A model generated the notes under the pieces. The model was not told the DNA's origin. It worked only from the letters and a program-made list of their open reading frames with translations, and made no database searches. Source: Terriglobia bacterium (GTDB lineage: Bacteria > Acidobacteriota > Terriglobia > Terriglobales > Acidobacteriaceae). From it: 64,000 bases of DNA. Shown one piece after another: positions 35,951 through 44,319 of this stretch. Within the stretch, counting starts at the first letter, position 1, and the number at the start of each line of letters is the position of its first letter. A program made the translations under genes and the position numbers. The stretch spans positions 68,770 through 132,769 of the forward strand of contig CAWGWI010000006.1 of the NCBI GenBank assembly GCA_963826275.1, given 5' to 3'.

Positions 35951-36052
35951 GCGCTTAGCAGTTAGCACTTAGCAGTTGGCCCCTGAACATCGCTCCTGAA
36001 TGTCAGGAAAAATGCCCAGGGGCCAAGTGCTAACAGCTAATCGCTAAGAGCG
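35951..36052. repeat. Heptad-repeat palindromic element, copy 3, between the phosphatase and terminase genes
   Basis: The left arm is GCTTAGC AGTTAGC ACTTAGC AGTTGGC CCCTG. The right arm is CAGGG GCCAAGT GCTAACA GCTAATC GCTAAGA GCG. The inner GGCCCCTG/CAGGGGCC stem is perfect. Confidence 0.8.
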
Positions 36053-36055
36053 TTT

Positions 36056-36514
36056 TTATCTTGTCGCTGCTTCCGGATCGTATTTCTCGATAAAATCTTC
36101 CACGCTCCGCACATAAACGTCGGCCATATCGACCACGTTTCTTCGTGCCTCCAGCATATCCAGCGCATCGTTCAGTTCATAACCAAGGGTGCGCAACACC
36201 GCCAGCGTCATCATGGGAGCGCGATGCACTCCCGCGGCGCAGTGGATATAGAGCTTCGCTTCCTCGTCGTCCAGTGCCTCCATAGCAAACTCCACGCCGC
36301 GCTGGAATACCTCCGGCGGCTTCGGCTGGAAATCGTCGTCCACCGGATTCCACAAAACCTGAATACCATGCGGCTCCGCCAGCGGAGTATCGTCAAACTC
36401 AATCTGCATGTCGATGATGTGAGTGATGCCGGTTCGTGCCACTTCCGCCATCTTCTCGGGCGTCCAGATGCCTCCGCCGACCGCAATGCGGTCGGTGATC
36501 CAGCTCATGTCCAT
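36056..36514 (-). CDS. Dual-specificity / protein-tyrosine phosphatase (CX5R)
   Basis: 152 aa with active-site HCAAGVHRAP (HCxxGxxR) and an upstream acidic loop NPVDDDF. Confidence 0.8.
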   Translation of the reverse strand: MDMSWITDRIAVGGGIWTPEKMAEVARTGITHIIDMQIEFDDTPLAEPHGIQVLWNPVDDDFQPKPPEVFQRGVEFAMEALDDEEAKLYIHCAAGVHRAPMMTLAVLRTLGYELNDALDMLEARRNVVDMADVYVRSVEDFIEKYDPEAATR

Positions 36515-36614
36515 GTGCCGCTAATCCTATCCCTGCAACCTGGCCGAGCCACAGGGAGGAGTCGGGCCAGACCGGAACTTCTTCGATGCAGTGCTCACCT
36601 TCTTCAGATTCATT

Positions 36615-36908
36615 CTAAAGCACATCCGTTGCGTTCGCAGAAGCACTTTCGCCCGTGTCCTCTCGGAGTTTTTCGAGCAGGAATTTCGCCAGCGATGGCG
36701 CCGCTTCTTCTTCGTCGTCATTGAAACTCGGCTCCAGTTTCGCCCACTCAAACAGGAATTTCGCATGCTGCTGGCTTCCGGTCTTCGCCTTCTCGATCAT
36801 GGCATCCAGGATTTCCGGTACTGCTCTAAGAACGCGCTCTACCGCATCCGAACAAGCATCTTCCGTGCTCGTTTTTGTGTCTTGATTTGATTGTTCGTAT
36901 CGATTCAT
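36615..36908 (-). CDS. Hypothetical acidic 97-aa protein, first gene of the terminase transcription unit (small-terminase-like position)
   Basis: The ORF follows an AT-rich ~210-bp spacer. The helical segment is VPEILDAMIEKAKTGSQQHAKFLFEWAKL. No family is assigned, and a competing 79-aa ORF lies in another frame. Confidence 0.35.
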   Translation of the reverse strand: MNRYEQSNQDTKTSTEDACSDAVERVLRAVPEILDAMIEKAKTGSQQHAKFLFEWAKLEPSFNDDEEEAAPSLAKFLLEKLREDTGESASANATDVL

Positions 36909-37078
36909 TTGTTTTTCTCAGCTTCAATTCCAGAATAGCAATTTCACTAGTACCTACCGGACATTTTGCCGACATTTATATTTCGATTATTCACAATCAC
37001 TTACGCAGAAAATGGCAAAAATTGCCTATTGACAATAAAAATGTCGTGCGACGATTGAAGAGGTGGATGCACAAACAT

Positions 37079-37112
37079 GCCCCATTCCGGACTGAATCGC
37101 CGAGAATGGGGC
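37079..37112 (-). terminator. Hairpin terminator candidate after the sigma-like gene
   Basis: 9-bp stem GCCCCATTC / GAATGGGGC with a 16-nt loop. On the minus strand it is followed by ATGTTTGTG, a weak U-tract. Confidence 0.4.
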
Positions 37113-37122
37113 ACCTGAATCG

Positions 37123-37683
37123 CTAGGCGTGAACGCCCTCGCAGGTTGAACTCGACCCAACTGCTACTGAATATAGTTCATCGCTGCTGGCATCGATCTC
37201 CTCAAGTTCCAGGCTCGCCGCCGCCGCATAAACTCTTCCACGGCTCTTGATCCTCCCGATGCGCTCCAGTAGTCCACAGTCGATCAGGATCTGCGTCATG
37301 CGATCGATTGCTTCCGGAAAACGCCGAGTCAAGGTTCGCAGCGTGCATCCAAATATCCCTGCCGCTTCCTCATGGGAATAGTCCTGGAACACGATTCGCG
37401 CGATCAGCGCTTGCGACTCCGGATCGAGCTTCTGCAGGCAACGCTCGACGTCATACACGAAGATCACCGTGTCTTCAAACGTGCAAATCCGATAGGAGGT
37501 CACCCGTGCGCGGAACACTTCTCGCCCCAGCAGCGAAGGCAGGCGTCCCACTTCCATCGACATCCGGAAATAGCGCCGCAGAAACTGTATGGTGCGCTGG
37601 CGATAGATCGCCAGGTCGGGATCGAGATCTTCGAAGGGTCTCTTCCAGCAGCAGGTACGGTCAGCCGGATTCTCTAAGCTCAC
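37123..37683 (-). CDS. Sigma-70 region-4 / ECF-sigma-like transcription factor
   Basis: GTG at 37683 with a GGGAGG RBS 6 nt upstream. It overlaps the preceding stop as GTGA. The region-4-like HTH is QALIARIVFQDYSHEEAAGIFGCTLRTLTRRFPEAIDRM. Confidence 0.55.
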   Translation of the reverse strand: MSLENPADRTCCWKRPFEDLDPDLAIYRQRTIQFLRRYFRMSMEVGRLPSLLGREVFRARVTSYRICTFEDTVIFVYDVERCLQKLDPESQALIARIVFQDYSHEEAAGIFGCTLRTLTRRFPEAIDRMTQILIDCGLLERIGRIKSRGRVYAAAASLELEEIDASSDELYSVAVGSSSTCEGVHA

Positions 37684-37925
37684 AATGCACCTCCCGCCTG
37701 CGCAGTTTCGCTCAACGGAGCGCATGAGGCGTGCAGGATGCCGGTCTCCGGAAACTCGTTCTTCCTTCGCCGCTTTCCCGCCTTGTGGTAGCCGGCAAAC
37801 GGCAGCTCACGCATCTGGTGCTCGCATCCGCAACAGTAAGTGTTCCTCGATCCAATGGGCCGCAGCCACAAACTGCCGCAGCGTTCGCAATATTTCAGTT
37901 CAACTCTCCCCTGTACTTCTTCCAT
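37680..37925 (-). CDS. Zinc-ribbon protein (CxxC-x18-CxxC)
   Basis: ATG at 37925 with an AGGAGGA RBS. The sequence is MEEVQGRVELKYCERCGSLWLRPIGSRNTYCCGCEHQM. It is translationally coupled to the sigma-like gene. Confidence 0.5.
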   Translation of the reverse strand: MEEVQGRVELKYCERCGSLWLRPIGSRNTYCCGCEHQMRELPFAGYHKAGKRRRKNEFPETGILHASCAPLSETAQAGGAL

Positions 37926-38097
37926 CTTCTCCTCCTGTGACGGTTCGGTATAAAAAGAAGAGCCCTGCACAATGCCTCCCGGAAAGCTCCGGAACGCGGA
38001 TGGCAGGGCTCGTTGTTCTTACGATGACCTGGTTGAGCTATTTAGTTTTGTGATACCGCCCCACGGTTCCAGTGACTACAGCAACCGGGGACGCTGA

Positions 38098-38361
38098 TCA
38101 GATTCGCATGTCGTCTTTACGGCGAAAATAACCTTCTTCGTAGCCCGATTTCACCACCATGCCGTTGTGCACGATGACCGTTATCCGGCCCGTAAAGTGT
38201 AGTGCCTGTAGCAATTGCATCGTCGAGGCCGAAAGCAGCTCGCAAGCGCGAACCTTGCCTCGGAACATCAAAAAAAGCCGTTCAGCGTCGAGCAAATCGC
38301 TGGCCGGCGTGGTTGTTTTCTCTGATTGGGAATGAACGAAAGTGGCATGACCGCTAAGCAT
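38098..38361 (-). CDS. Hypothetical small protein, YezD/DUF2292-like C-terminus
   Basis: The C-terminal GRITVIVHNGMVVKSGYEEGYF resembles the small beta-hairpin YezD family as I recall it. It is the first gene reading away from the repressor. Confidence 0.3.
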   Translation of the reverse strand: MLSGHATFVHSQSEKTTTPASDLLDAERLFLMFRGKVRACELLSASTMQLLQALHFTGRITVIVHNGMVVKSGYEEGYFRRKDDMRI

Positions 38362-38448
38362 TACTTGCACCTTGGAAAGTTAGCAATAAGCTATAGAATG
38401 GAATGGATGCTATAGCCAACTAGTAAGACTGGCAAGATGGAAAATCAC

Positions 38449-38468
38449 TGAACTGACTACTCAGTTCA
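38449..38468. promoter_or_regulatory. Perfect palindrome TGAACTG-N6-CAGTTCA in the divergent control region (operator candidate)
   Basis: Located 13-32 nt upstream of the repressor start. The same 110-bp region also carries two GCTATAG copies (38390-38396 and 38409-38415). Confidence 0.35.
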
Positions 38469-38480
38469 AGAACGGGAAAT

Positions 38481-39212
38481 GTGCTCTCTATGTCTATTGA
38501 TTTCACTACCTTACAAGAACGTCTGCGAAGCGCTCTCTGGAAACAGATCCAGGCAGGCGAATTGACAGGCGTACAACTCGCTCGCGAAACCGGGTTTCAA
38601 CAGGCGCATATCTCCAATTTTCTCAACCGTCACCGTGGCCTCAGCCTCCAGGCCATGGATCTGGTGATGAAAAAACGGGGATTCAATCTCTTCGACCTCG
38701 TGAAGAACGACGAACTCGCCCCGCGCCTCGCCATGCGCGAAAAGGCTGATGATGGCTATGAAAACGTAATCCTCGTTGACGGCTCGATCGCCGCCGGATC
38801 GCCGTTGATCGTCCAGGAGAACGTGCGCGACGTACTCAAATTCAAGGCTTCGTTCCTGCGCAAGCTGCGCGCTGATGGCGCCACCGCACGCAGCGATTGG
38901 CATCGATTCGTGCTCACCAAAGTGGATGCCCGCGAAGGTATGAGCATGTTCCCGCGCCTGCTGCCCGGAGCCATGGTGCTCATCGATCGTCATTACACCT
39001 CCCTGCGCCCCTATCGCAAGAACGACCGCAACATGTACGCGGTGCGAAAAGACGGTGGCTGCACTATCAAGTACGTGGAGATGTCAGAACGAAATCTCGT
39101 GCTGCGCCCCCACAACCCAGACTATCCCGTGGATGTTGTCCACATGGCGGAAGGGGAAAGCGTATCCGAGTATGTGGTCGGCCGCGTGTCTCACATCTCG
39201 ATCGAGACATAG
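38481..39212 (+). CDS. CI/LexA-type repressor: XRE-family HTH + S24 self-cleaving peptidase domain
   Basis: 243 aa. The HTH is LTGVQLARETGFQQAHISNFLNRHRG. The S24-like motifs are EGMSMFPRLLPGAMVLID (Ser) and GGCTIKYV (Lys). It is oriented divergently from the minus-strand operon. Confidence 0.8.
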   Translation: MLSMSIDFTTLQERLRSALWKQIQAGELTGVQLARETGFQQAHISNFLNRHRGLSLQAMDLVMKKRGFNLFDLVKNDELAPRLAMREKADDGYENVILVDGSIAAGSPLIVQENVRDVLKFKASFLRKLRADGATARSDWHRFVLTKVDAREGMSMFPRLLPGAMVLIDRHYTSLRPYRKNDRNMYAVRKDGGCTIKYVEMSERNLVLRPHNPDYPVDVVHMAEGESVSEYVVGRVSHISIET

Positions 39213-39232
39213 CGTTTTGGAATTTGATGGAG

Positions 39233-39270
39233 CCCGCTCGCCCTCGAGCGGGTGAGTTCGCGTAGCGAAC
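39233..39270. repeat. REP-like double hairpin; the first hairpin CCCGCTCG-CCCT-CGAGCGGG recurs at 44431-44450
   Basis: Stems at 39233-39240/39245-39252 and GTTCGC-GTA-GCGAAC at 39256-39270, immediately after the repressor stop. Confidence 0.7.
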
Positions 39271-39418
39271 AAATGAATTCGTTGTCCCAGACGCTCGGCA
39301 CGGCGCGCGCGACCGTGGGGGAACGCGGTGAGCTTATGTCTGCTATGATTTTTTCAGTATCTGCTGCGCATTCTGTGCGCATCCCAGTTACCGAGCGCAG
39401 TCATCGTGGAGGATTTTT

Positions 39419-39637
39419 ATGAGCGATTTGCCAGGCACCCCGGGCGGACCACGCCGGGATGAAGATGTTGCTTTGGATCTGATGAAGTTTGTTGCTATGA
39501 CCACCGGCTATGGTAAGACCAGCGGCCCAGGCGCGGGATTCCAGGGAACTGGAGCGCCCGTTCGCGCCGAAGATTATGCCGATCACCTGCTGCAACTCTA
39601 CACACGCTGCCTGGAAACAGTCCGCGGAAAGAAATAG
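39419..39637 (+). CDS. Hypothetical 72-aa protein
   Basis: Good RBS (GGAGGA, 7 nt before the ATG). No family recognised. Confidence 0.45.
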   Translation: MSDLPGTPGGPRRDEDVALDLMKFVAMTTGYGKTSGPGAGFQGTGAPVRAEDYADHLLQLYTRCLETVRGKK

Positions 39638-39665
39638 TCGTCAATCCTCCGCCATTAACAAGAAA

Positions 39666-39685
39666 AGCCGCGGAATTCCGCGGCT
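39666..39685 (-). terminator. Hairpin AGCCGCGG-AATT-CCGCGGCT; a U-tract follows only on the minus strand
   Basis: Perfect 8-bp palindrome. The minus-strand reading continues TTTTCTTGTT. It lies downstream of the H1-like gene. Confidence 0.55.
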
Positions 39686-39734
39686 TCTCAGTCTTGAGCC
39701 CGTTCGCTGTTCGCGTTGAACGAACGCAATCGCC

Positions 39735-40226
39735 TTAGCGGCGACGCGCCTTTTTCGCTGCTTTCTTCTTTGTGCCGCCCTTACGAGCAGCTTTCTTGGC
39801 GGACTTCTTCTTCGCTCCGCCCTTTTTCGCTGCCGGACGAGAGCCGCCCTTTTTCGCAGCGCTCTTCTTCTTAGCAGCTTTCTTGGCGGCTTTCTTCGCC
39901 GGTTTCTTTTTCGCCGCAGCTTTCTTGGCAGCTGGCTTCTTGGCTGCTGCTTTCTTAGCCGCGGGTTTCGCAGCAGGTTTCTTTGCTGCTGCTTTTTTCG
40001 CAGGAGGCTTCGGAGCAGGAGCCGCTGCCGCTGCTGGTTTCTCGGTTGCGGCAACGGGAGCAGGCGCTTCGGAAACCTCTTCCGTATCGTCGGCGCTTAC
40101 TGGTTCCTCTTCCTCTTCTTCTTCCTCCTCGAGGTCTTCTTCCATGTTCTCATCGTAGATGTCGGAATCGCCGTACTCATCTGCTTCATCGTCACGGCCA
40201 TATAGCGTCAGGTCATCAAACCTCAT
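39735..40226 (-). CDS. Bipartite protein: poly-acidic N-terminal half + histone-H1-like Ala/Lys/Pro-repeat C-terminal half
   Basis: 163 aa with an AGGAGG RBS. The N-terminus contains DEADEYGDSDIYDENMEEDLEEEEEEEEE. The C-terminus is PAKKAAAKKPAAKPAAKKAAAKKPAAKKAAAKKKPAKKAAKKAAKKK... Confidence 0.7.
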   Translation of the reverse strand: MRFDDLTLYGRDDEADEYGDSDIYDENMEEDLEEEEEEEEEPVSADDTEEVSEAPAPVAATEKPAAAAAPAPKPPAKKAAAKKPAAKPAAKKAAAKKPAAKKAAAKKKPAKKAAKKAAKKKSAAKKGGSRPAAKKGGAKKKSAKKAARKGGTKKKAAKKARRR

Positions 40227-40417
40227 CGTTCCTCCTGGTCCTGCTCGAACTCTTATGAAAGTCTACGACTACCGCGGGTGACGAATATCATCCCGAAAAT
40301 CGGCGCGGATTATAGCACAGCGATTTTCGTCTCGGACAATCGGGAAAACCCATCCTTAGGATGCGCTTTCTCCCGCTAGCCTAACTCAGGTCGGAGAATT
40401 GTTCTTGTATTTTTCTT

Positions 40418-42367
40418 TTATGGATCGACGCGTACTACCACAACGTCGCCGGCGCGCAAGTGCGTACCAATTTGGGCATTGTCTTTGCGCAGCGCTGCCA
40501 CCGTTGTGTTGTAGTGATCGGCGATTGAGGTCAGCGTTTCGCCAGGTTTCACTTTGTGGTAAATCTTCCCTGGCTTCTTACTCGCTGCTTGGTGTAAGCC
40601 GTTGGATGTACTAGGCTTAGGATCATCGCCCGCCCGCTCGGCGGCCAGCTTTGCATGTGCCCTGGGTTTGGATTCCGCCACCTCTGCATGCGCTACCGGG
40701 CGATAGAGGTGTAGGTGTTGCCCCGCTTTTAGTGCATTTCCTCGAAGATGGTTCCACCGCCGCACCTTCTCCGCCGGAACGCCAAAGTCATCGGCAACCG
40801 ATAACACCGTGTCACCTTTGCGGACTTTGTACAGCGTCGGTCGCTTCGAATAGGAGACCACGTCCATCTCCGCGGCCCGTCGCGCGCTGATCGGAATGAT
40901 CAGCTTCGTGTCCTGGTGCAGGTCCTTGTCGTCACCCAACTCGTTCACTTCGGCGATCGATGCAGCCGTCGTGTGATACTGTCGCGCAATCTCCGTCAGG
41001 GTCTCGCCGGTCTTCACCCTGTGAAATCGCCAGGAGACTCTGTTCTCCCTCGGGATCGCAGCAATCGCCGTCTGGAATTTATCTGCTGTCCCCGCCGGAA
41101 GCTTCAGCTCATAGCTGCCTTCTTTCGGAGTAGTCATGCGAAGCAGCGCCGGATTCAGCGCCTGTATATTCTCGGCCGTGCTGTCCACGCACTCCGCCAC
41201 TAGCCGCAGATCGATCGGATAATCAACTTTCAGTTTGTCGTACTGCTGCGGTGGATCGACCGCCAGATGATCCAGTCCATACTGCGCCGGATTCTTCGCA
41301 ATGATCGTGAACGCCAGAATAATCGGAACGTAGTTCTTCGTCTCTGCCGGAAGCACGTTTCTCCGGTAGAGTTCCCAGAAATCCGCATAACCGGTGCGCT
41401 GCACCGCCTGCTGCACATTCCCCGGACCGGAGTTGTACGCCGCCATCGCCAGGTACCAGTCTCCGAATTGCGCATACAAATCTTTCAGGTGACGCGCCGC
41501 CGCCCGCGTCGACTTCTCCGGATCCTGCCGCTCGTCGACCCACCAATTCTTCTGCAAGCCGTAATCCACGCTGCGACTCGCCATGAACTGCCACATGCCC
41601 CGCGCGCCTGCATGAGACAAGGCCATCGGCAGGAATCCCGACTCAGCCTCCGCCAGGAAGATCAAATCCTGCGGTACGCCTTCTTCTCTGAAGATCCGCC
41701 GGATCATCGTCTCGTAGCGGCCTTTGCGAATCGTCGCCGATTCCAGCGATGCCCGCCCATGCGTCGAAAAGTAATTGATGTAGCTGGCGACCTGGTCGGT
41801 CATCATCAGCGGCAAGTCCGACTGCGTATTGCGGATCTCCGCCTCAGCCTTTGCCTTCACGTTCGGATCCACCGGGAACGTGACCGCATTCGCCTCGTCG
41901 ATCGGTGCCGGCTCCGCATTCTGCGCCGTGAACCCGTCTCCCTGTTCCAGCGCAATCGTTTCCAGATCGTGCACGCGCTCGACCAACTTGTCGAATTCGT
42001 CCTGCAGCTGCTGGTTATTGCGGATGTCGAGATTCGACTCCACCATCATGTTGAACGCATGATCGAAGTTCTCTCGCGCCGCGTCCAGGTGACCGGCGTG
42101 GTAGTTCGCCTGCCCGGCCTGATATTCCTTTTCGACCCGCGCGATCAGCGCCTGTACCGGATCCGCTAGCTCGGTTGACTTGGCCGCAGGTTCGCTCGGA
42201 TCCGCTCCGGCCTTCGCTGCTGACGATGGCGGCTGTTCGCTGATTGTGGGAGCGTTCGCCTGTGCGGGCGGTTTGGCCGAGGTTTTCTGGGATTTATCAG
42301 GTTCGCAGGCGATCGATGCCAGGAGCAGCGCAGCCGTGAGCGGCAAGATTAACTTACTTGGCATCAT
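40418..42367 (-). CDS. Lytic murein transglycosylase (MltD-like): SLT domain + three LysM domains
   Basis: 649 aa with a signal or lipoprotein-like N-terminus. The SLT motifs are AESGFLPMALSHAGARGMWQF and AYNSGPGNV. Three C-terminal LysM repeats are present (HRVKTGETLTEIA, YKVRKGDTVLSVA, HKVKPGETLTSIA). Confidence 0.85.
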   Translation of the reverse strand: MMPSKLILPLTAALLLASIACEPDKSQKTSAKPPAQANAPTISEQPPSSAAKAGADPSEPAAKSTELADPVQALIARVEKEYQAGQANYHAGHLDAARENFDHAFNMMVESNLDIRNNQQLQDEFDKLVERVHDLETIALEQGDGFTAQNAEPAPIDEANAVTFPVDPNVKAKAEAEIRNTQSDLPLMMTDQVASYINYFSTHGRASLESATIRKGRYETMIRRIFREEGVPQDLIFLAEAESGFLPMALSHAGARGMWQFMASRSVDYGLQKNWWVDERQDPEKSTRAAARHLKDLYAQFGDWYLAMAAYNSGPGNVQQAVQRTGYADFWELYRRNVLPAETKNYVPIILAFTIIAKNPAQYGLDHLAVDPPQQYDKLKVDYPIDLRLVAECVDSTAENIQALNPALLRMTTPKEGSYELKLPAGTADKFQTAIAAIPRENRVSWRFHRVKTGETLTEIARQYHTTAASIAEVNELGDDKDLHQDTKLIIPISARRAAEMDVVSYSKRPTLYKVRKGDTVLSVADDFGVPAEKVRRWNHLRGNALKAGQHLHLYRPVAHAEVAESKPRAHAKLAAERAGDDPKPSTSNGLHQAASKKPGKIYHKVKPGETLTSIADHYNTTVAALRKDNAQIGTHLRAGDVVVVRVDP

Positions 42368-42606
42368 TCGCGTGGGAAATGGCCCGCGTTGCGGCTCGCC
42401 GGGCCTGAGCTCCTGTTCAACTCAGATCGAGTTGAAATCGTACTACCCTGTTTACTTCAGGGTCAATGCAGCGAACGTCTTACGCCTGTTGTGTGAGGAT
42501 GTTCATCGCCTGCGCTGGAGTTGTTCTTTCGGTGGTCCTGAGCTGTTTTCGGCTGGCTACTGGCGACGTTGTTGGTGGGAAGGGGATTTGCCGACAGGTA
42601 TTCCAG

Positions 42607-42903
42607 TCAATGAGTAATGCCGTGAACCACTATCAACGCTACCCAAAACGGTGGAACCACGAGCAAGAATGCGAGGATTGCCTGTTTCCGCGCCTCGCGC
42701 CGGACGATGTCTCTGAGGCTCAATACAGCGGTCAATAGACTCCCTACCGGCACGAAGGCGGCAAACCAGGCAACGCCCCACCATGTATCGCGAAAGAGAT
42801 GAAGGCTTGCATATGCCGCAATGGAAACGGCACAGACAGCCGATGCCAGAGCGAGAGCGTTTGATAGGCCATGCCTCTGTGTATGTGGAATCGATGTTCT
42901 CAC
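42607..42903 (-). CDS. Hypothetical membrane protein (3 TM)
   Basis: 98-aa hydrophobic ORF with no family recognised. Confidence 0.35.
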   Translation of the reverse strand: MRTSIPHTQRHGLSNALALASAVCAVSIAAYASLHLFRDTWWGVAWFAAFVPVGSLLTAVLSLRDIVRREARKQAILAFLLVVPPFWVALIVVHGITH

Positions 42904-43075
42904 AGTGAAGCAGTCTAAGCGGAATCTAGGTCAGTTCCAAGATTACTGTTTGGACGGCGTTTATCTCTCCCAATCGAGTTGTGAGCGATCTGACGGATTC
43001 TTCGTCAGGGCTGGCTTAGCGACCTAGTTCGATGAGAATCAATCCGCGATCCTTCGGCGTCCTCTGCGGTTAACC

Positions 43076-44269
43076 TCAGCCCCTCTCCAGTGCCTGCCTC
43101 AAATCCGCCACCAGATCCGCCACATTCTCAATTCCCACGCTCAGCCGCACCGTCGCCGGAGAAACATCCAGCGCCTCCAACTGTTCCGGGGACAATCCCA
43201 CATGCGACGACAAGAACGGATACGACACCGTCGACTCCACTCCGCCCAAACTCGTCGCCAGGTACCAGAGCTTCAGCGAGTCGATAAACTTCTCGGCGCC
43301 CTCGCCGCCGTTCTTGTGCTCGAACGACAGCATCGTCCCAAATCCCGACATCTGCTTCTTCGCGATCTCGTGGCTCTGGTTCGACTTCAGCCCCGGATAA
43401 AACACGCGCGACACCTTGGAGTGTGACTCCAGAAACGCCGCAATCTCCTGCGCATTCTCCGTCGCCCGTTCCACGCGGATCCCCAAGGTCTTCAGCCCGC
43501 GTATCAGCAGGTACGCGGCCAGCGGATCCAAACACCCGCCCGACTGCTTCATCATCTCGCGCGCCGGTTCCACCCAGTCCGCCGATCCGGCAATCACTCC
43601 GGCGGTTACGTCGTTATGTCCGCCCAGCAGCTTGGTTGCCGAGTGCACCACCACGTCCGCGCCCAGTTCCAGCGGGCGCTGCAGCATCGGACTGGCAAAC
43701 GTGTTGTCCACCACCACGCACGTATGCTTCTGGTGGCCCAGCTTCGCCAGCGCGGCAATATCCACGCAACGCAGCGTCGGATTCGTTGGCGTCTCGATAA
43801 ACAGCAGCCGCGTCTTCTTCGTGAAGTAGTCTTCAATCTTGCATAGCTCGTTGTGTGGGACGAAGCGCGTGGTCACTCCGTACTTCGAGAGCGTGTCCTG
43901 CAGCAGGTGCGTGGTCCCGCCGTACAGGTCCAGCATGGACACAATCTCGTCGCCCGTGCGACACGTCGAGAGCACCAGCGACATGATCGCGGCCATTCCG
44001 CTCGACGTCACCACTGCGCTCTCCGCGCCTTCCAGCGCGGCAATCTTGCGCTCAGCCACGGCCACCGTCGGATTCGCATAGCGCGAGTAAAGATAGGCCT
44101 TCGAATCGCCCTCAGCATACTTGCGCAGCTCGTTCGTATTGGGGACCACGAACACCGATCCCTGCGAGATCTCGGTAGTCAGCGATTCGTTCGTTCCATG
44201 ATGTTCTTCTCCGGCATGGACGCAAAGCGTCTCCGGAGCGCGGTTCTTCTTGTGATCTTCAGCGCTCAT
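43076..44269 (-). CDS. Cys/Met-metabolism PLP enzyme (cystathionine gamma-synthase / beta-lyase / methionine gamma-lyase family)
   Basis: ATG at 44269 (MSAEDHKKNRAPETLCVHAG). The PLP-lysine motif is SATKLLGGHNDV. Confidence 0.85.
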   Translation of the reverse strand: MSAEDHKKNRAPETLCVHAGEEHHGTNESLTTEISQGSVFVVPNTNELRKYAEGDSKAYLYSRYANPTVAVAERKIAALEGAESAVVTSSGMAAIMSLVLSTCRTGDEIVSMLDLYGGTTHLLQDTLSKYGVTTRFVPHNELCKIEDYFTKKTRLLFIETPTNPTLRCVDIAALAKLGHQKHTCVVVDNTFASPMLQRPLELGADVVVHSATKLLGGHNDVTAGVIAGSADWVEPAREMMKQSGGCLDPLAAYLLIRGLKTLGIRVERATENAQEIAAFLESHSKVSRVFYPGLKSNQSHEIAKKQMSGFGTMLSFEHKNGGEGAEKFIDSLKLWYLATSLGGVESTVSYPFLSSHVGLSPEQLEALDVSPATVRLSVGIENVADLVADLRQALERG

Positions 44270-44319
44270 AGGTGATTTTCGATTATCGCAGATCGAGCTA
44301 TCAGTGAGTACGTGGCGGG

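Larger units (their letters stand above)
33550..39256. mobile_element. Cryptic phage-derived island (prophage remnant, satellite-like element or domesticated module); boundaries approximate
   Basis: It holds a CI/LexA-type repressor, a sigma-like regulator, a Zn-ribbon protein, an orphan large terminase and kinase/phosphatase genes. No integrase, att duplication or structural genes were detected. Confidence 0.5.

Noticed and set aside
31654-36052. Whether the heptad arrays could be a CRISPR array or CRISPR remnants
   Set aside because: The period is 7 bp with no spacers. The arrays contain at most ~6 units and are arranged as inverted arms, and no cas genes are present.
38481-39212. This gene being the host SOS repressor LexA
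   Set aside because: The N-terminal domain is an XRE-type HTH rather than the LexA winged helix. The gene context is phage-like, so a CI-type repressor is the better call.
33481-39300. Direct repeats or att sites delimiting the phage-derived island
   Set aside because: I found no matching direct repeat at the two flanks, only the generic heptad and REP elements. The island boundaries remain approximate.
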